From positions 16,782 through 71,280 of the forward strand of contig DYPF01000001.1 of NCBI GenBank assembly GCA_020720105.1: 54,499 nucleotides of DNA, in the 5' to 3' direction. A model generated the notes under the pieces. That model worked only from the letters and a program-made list of their open reading frames with translations. It did no database searches and was not told where the DNA came from. Position 1 is the stretch's first letter, and every line of letters starts with the position of its first letter. Positions 53,385-54,499 of the stretch are shown piece after piece. A program made the translations under genes and the position numbers. The DNA comes from Chloroherpeton thalassium (GTDB taxonomy: Bacteria; Bacteroidota; Ignavibacteria; Kapaibacteriales; UBA2268).

Positions 53385-54245
53385 ATGAACAAATTCTCAA
53401 AATATGCTATTATTCTTAGAGCATACTCACTGCCAGCATCAGTTATTCCTGTAATAATTGGCTCTTATCTTGCATATCAAATGGATAAATTTAATCCAAT
53501 CATCTTTGGGCTAACCCTCTTAGCAGCCATAATGTTGCATACAGGCTCTAATCTAATCAATACGTTTTTTGATTATAAAAATGGTGTTGATAAAGAAGAT
53601 GCTGACGATATTGGAATTGTTAAAAATTTAATTCCTGATTTGAAGGCTAAAAAACTTGCTATAAGTTTGATATTGCTTTCGAGTTTCATAGGATTAGGAA
53701 TGGTATTCTTTTTAAATATTCCAGAATTCTTATTAATTGCATTACCGGGAGTACTTTTATCTTGGTTTTACACAGCTGGATTTTCGTATAAATATAAGGC
53801 AATGGGGGAGATAGGGATTTTTCTTGCTTTTGGTCCTTTAATTACAATTGGCACAACTTATCTACAAATCCAGCAATTTAGTTGGGACGCATTTTGGGTC
53901 TCTATTCCCTTGGGTCTATTGATAGTTGATATTTTACTCGCTAATAATATTCGTGATGCAAAGACGGATGCAGAAAGTAATATCATAACTTTAACACATA
54001 TTTTAGGTGAAAAAGGTTCGAAAGTTTTGTATTTTACAATAATTTTGTTTGCATATTTAATAGCAATTTATCATACTAATTCAATTTCATCATTGCTATT
54101 TTTGCTAAGCATTCCAGTTGCACTCAAGCTAATACAAACTGCCAATAAACGTGAATATACAATCTTAGTAAGAAATACAGCACAATTTGTAACAGCATTT
54201 GGAATAAATTTTATATTAGTTTTGGGAATAAAATCATTAATTTAA
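53385..54245 (+). CDS. menA: UbiA-family prenyltransferase, MenA-like (1,4-dihydroxy-2-naphthoate polyprenyltransferase)
   Basis: 286 aa, about 8 TM. N-terminal ...RAYSLPASVIPVIIGSYLA.... Asp-rich motif NLINTFFDYKNGVDKEDADD and second motif LANNIRDAKTDAESN, both typical of MenA. Confidence 0.7.
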   Translation: MNKFSKYAIILRAYSLPASVIPVIIGSYLAYQMDKFNPIIFGLTLLAAIMLHTGSNLINTFFDYKNGVDKEDADDIGIVKNLIPDLKAKKLAISLILLSSFIGLGMVFFLNIPEFLLIALPGVLLSWFYTAGFSYKYKAMGEIGIFLAFGPLITIGTTYLQIQQFSWDAFWVSIPLGLLIVDILLANNIRDAKTDAESNIITLTHILGEKGSKVLYFTIILFAYLIAIYHTNSISSLLFLLSIPVALKLIQTANKREYTILVRNTAQFVTAFGINFILVLGIKSLI

Positions 54246-54287
54246 AATATTGTAATAAATAATGCATTATAATCTATTCTAAATAGT

Positions 54288-54295
54288 TAATTTTG
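54288..54295 (+). promoter_or_regulatory. candidate -7 box TAATTTTG for the tRNA-Ser/tRNA-Leu pair
   Basis: TAnnTTTG match ending 15 nt upstream of the tRNA-Ser 5' end (54311). Confidence 0.35.
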
Positions 54296-54310
54296 TATTC
54301 TTTTCGAAAC

Positions 54311-54400
54311 GGTGAGGTGCGAGAGTGGTTGAATCGGGCGGTCTCGAAAACCGTTGAACCAGCAATGGTTCCGTGGGTTCGAATCCCACCCTCACCGCCA
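54311..54400 (+). tRNA. tRNA-Ser (anticodon CGA), CCA encoded
   Basis: GGTGAGG acceptor, anticodon arm GCGGT-CTCGAAA-ACCGT, long variable arm, T-arm GTGGG-TTCGAAT-CCCAC, then CCTCACC-G-CCA. A class II tRNA close to the E. coli tRNA-Ser(CGA) body. Confidence 0.92.
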
Positions 54401-54413
54401 GAAGATGCACGTT

Positions 54414-54497
54414 GCCCGAATGGTGAAATTGGCAGACACGCTACATTCAGAGTGTAGTCCGCTGAAGCGGGTGCAGGTTCAAGTCCTGTTTCGGGCA
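54414..54497 (+). tRNA. tRNA-Leu (anticodon CAG)
   Basis: GCCCGAA acceptor, anticodon arm CTACA-TTCAGAG-TGTAG, variable arm with a CCGC/GCGG stem, T-arm GCAGG-TTCAAGT-CCTGT, then TTCGGGC-A. The window ends 2 nt later and the next bases are CA, so CCA is apparently not encoded. Confidence 0.88.
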
Positions 54498-54499
54498 CA

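Noticed and set aside
54274-54498. 74-aa minus-strand ORF in the track at the right edge
   Set aside because: It is entirely antisense to two well-formed tRNA genes (Ser-CGA and Leu-CAG). Its high GC and open frame are by-products of tRNA sequence.

Overview
Gene-dense, visibly AT-rich bacterial chromosomal segment (spot counts range from 8 to 23 G+C per 60-nt line). I call 53 protein-coding genes, 3 tRNAs (Glu-CUC on the minus strand, Ser-CGA and Leu-CAG at the right edge), two copies of a MITE-like nested-palindrome repeat, four intrinsic terminators and eleven TAnnTTTG-type -7 promoter boxes. I saw no rRNA, CRISPR array, transposase, integrase or phage gene. Most content is housekeeping: nuoJK, Rrf2-sufBCD, ferritin, gmhA, aroA, pyrB, prmC, dprA, a polyprenyl synthase, suhB, dapF, pdxH and menA. 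The rest is envelope or surface functions: a patatin-Omp85 fusion, exbB-exbD-exbD-tonB, polysaccharide export genes, a T9SS-tailed BNR protein, and WD40/LRR/TPR secreted proteins. The promoter boxes, the T9SS-type C-terminal domain and the ExbBDD-TonB block suggest an FCB-group lineage (Ignavibacteriota/Bacteroidota-like). This is a guess that needs a database search. No canonical defence or mobile system is present. The candidates for something undescribed are: (1) a wza-wzz-like export operon ending in a long RelA/SpoT homologue with an intact hydrolase but eroded synthetase motifs; (2) an ECF sigma module whose anti-sigma factor appears fused to an outer-membrane beta-barrel; (3) a three-gene cluster of secreted proteins of unknown function (barrel-like, TPR-LRR, repeat protein); (4) a tightly packed dprA / prenyl synthase / orphan AddB-like Fe-S nuclease operon; (5) a palindromic repeat family built from ATTCCC-N8-GGGAAT hairpins. 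One copy of that repeat sits where the nuo operon appears broken. All functional calls rest on motif recognition by eye; no searches were run.
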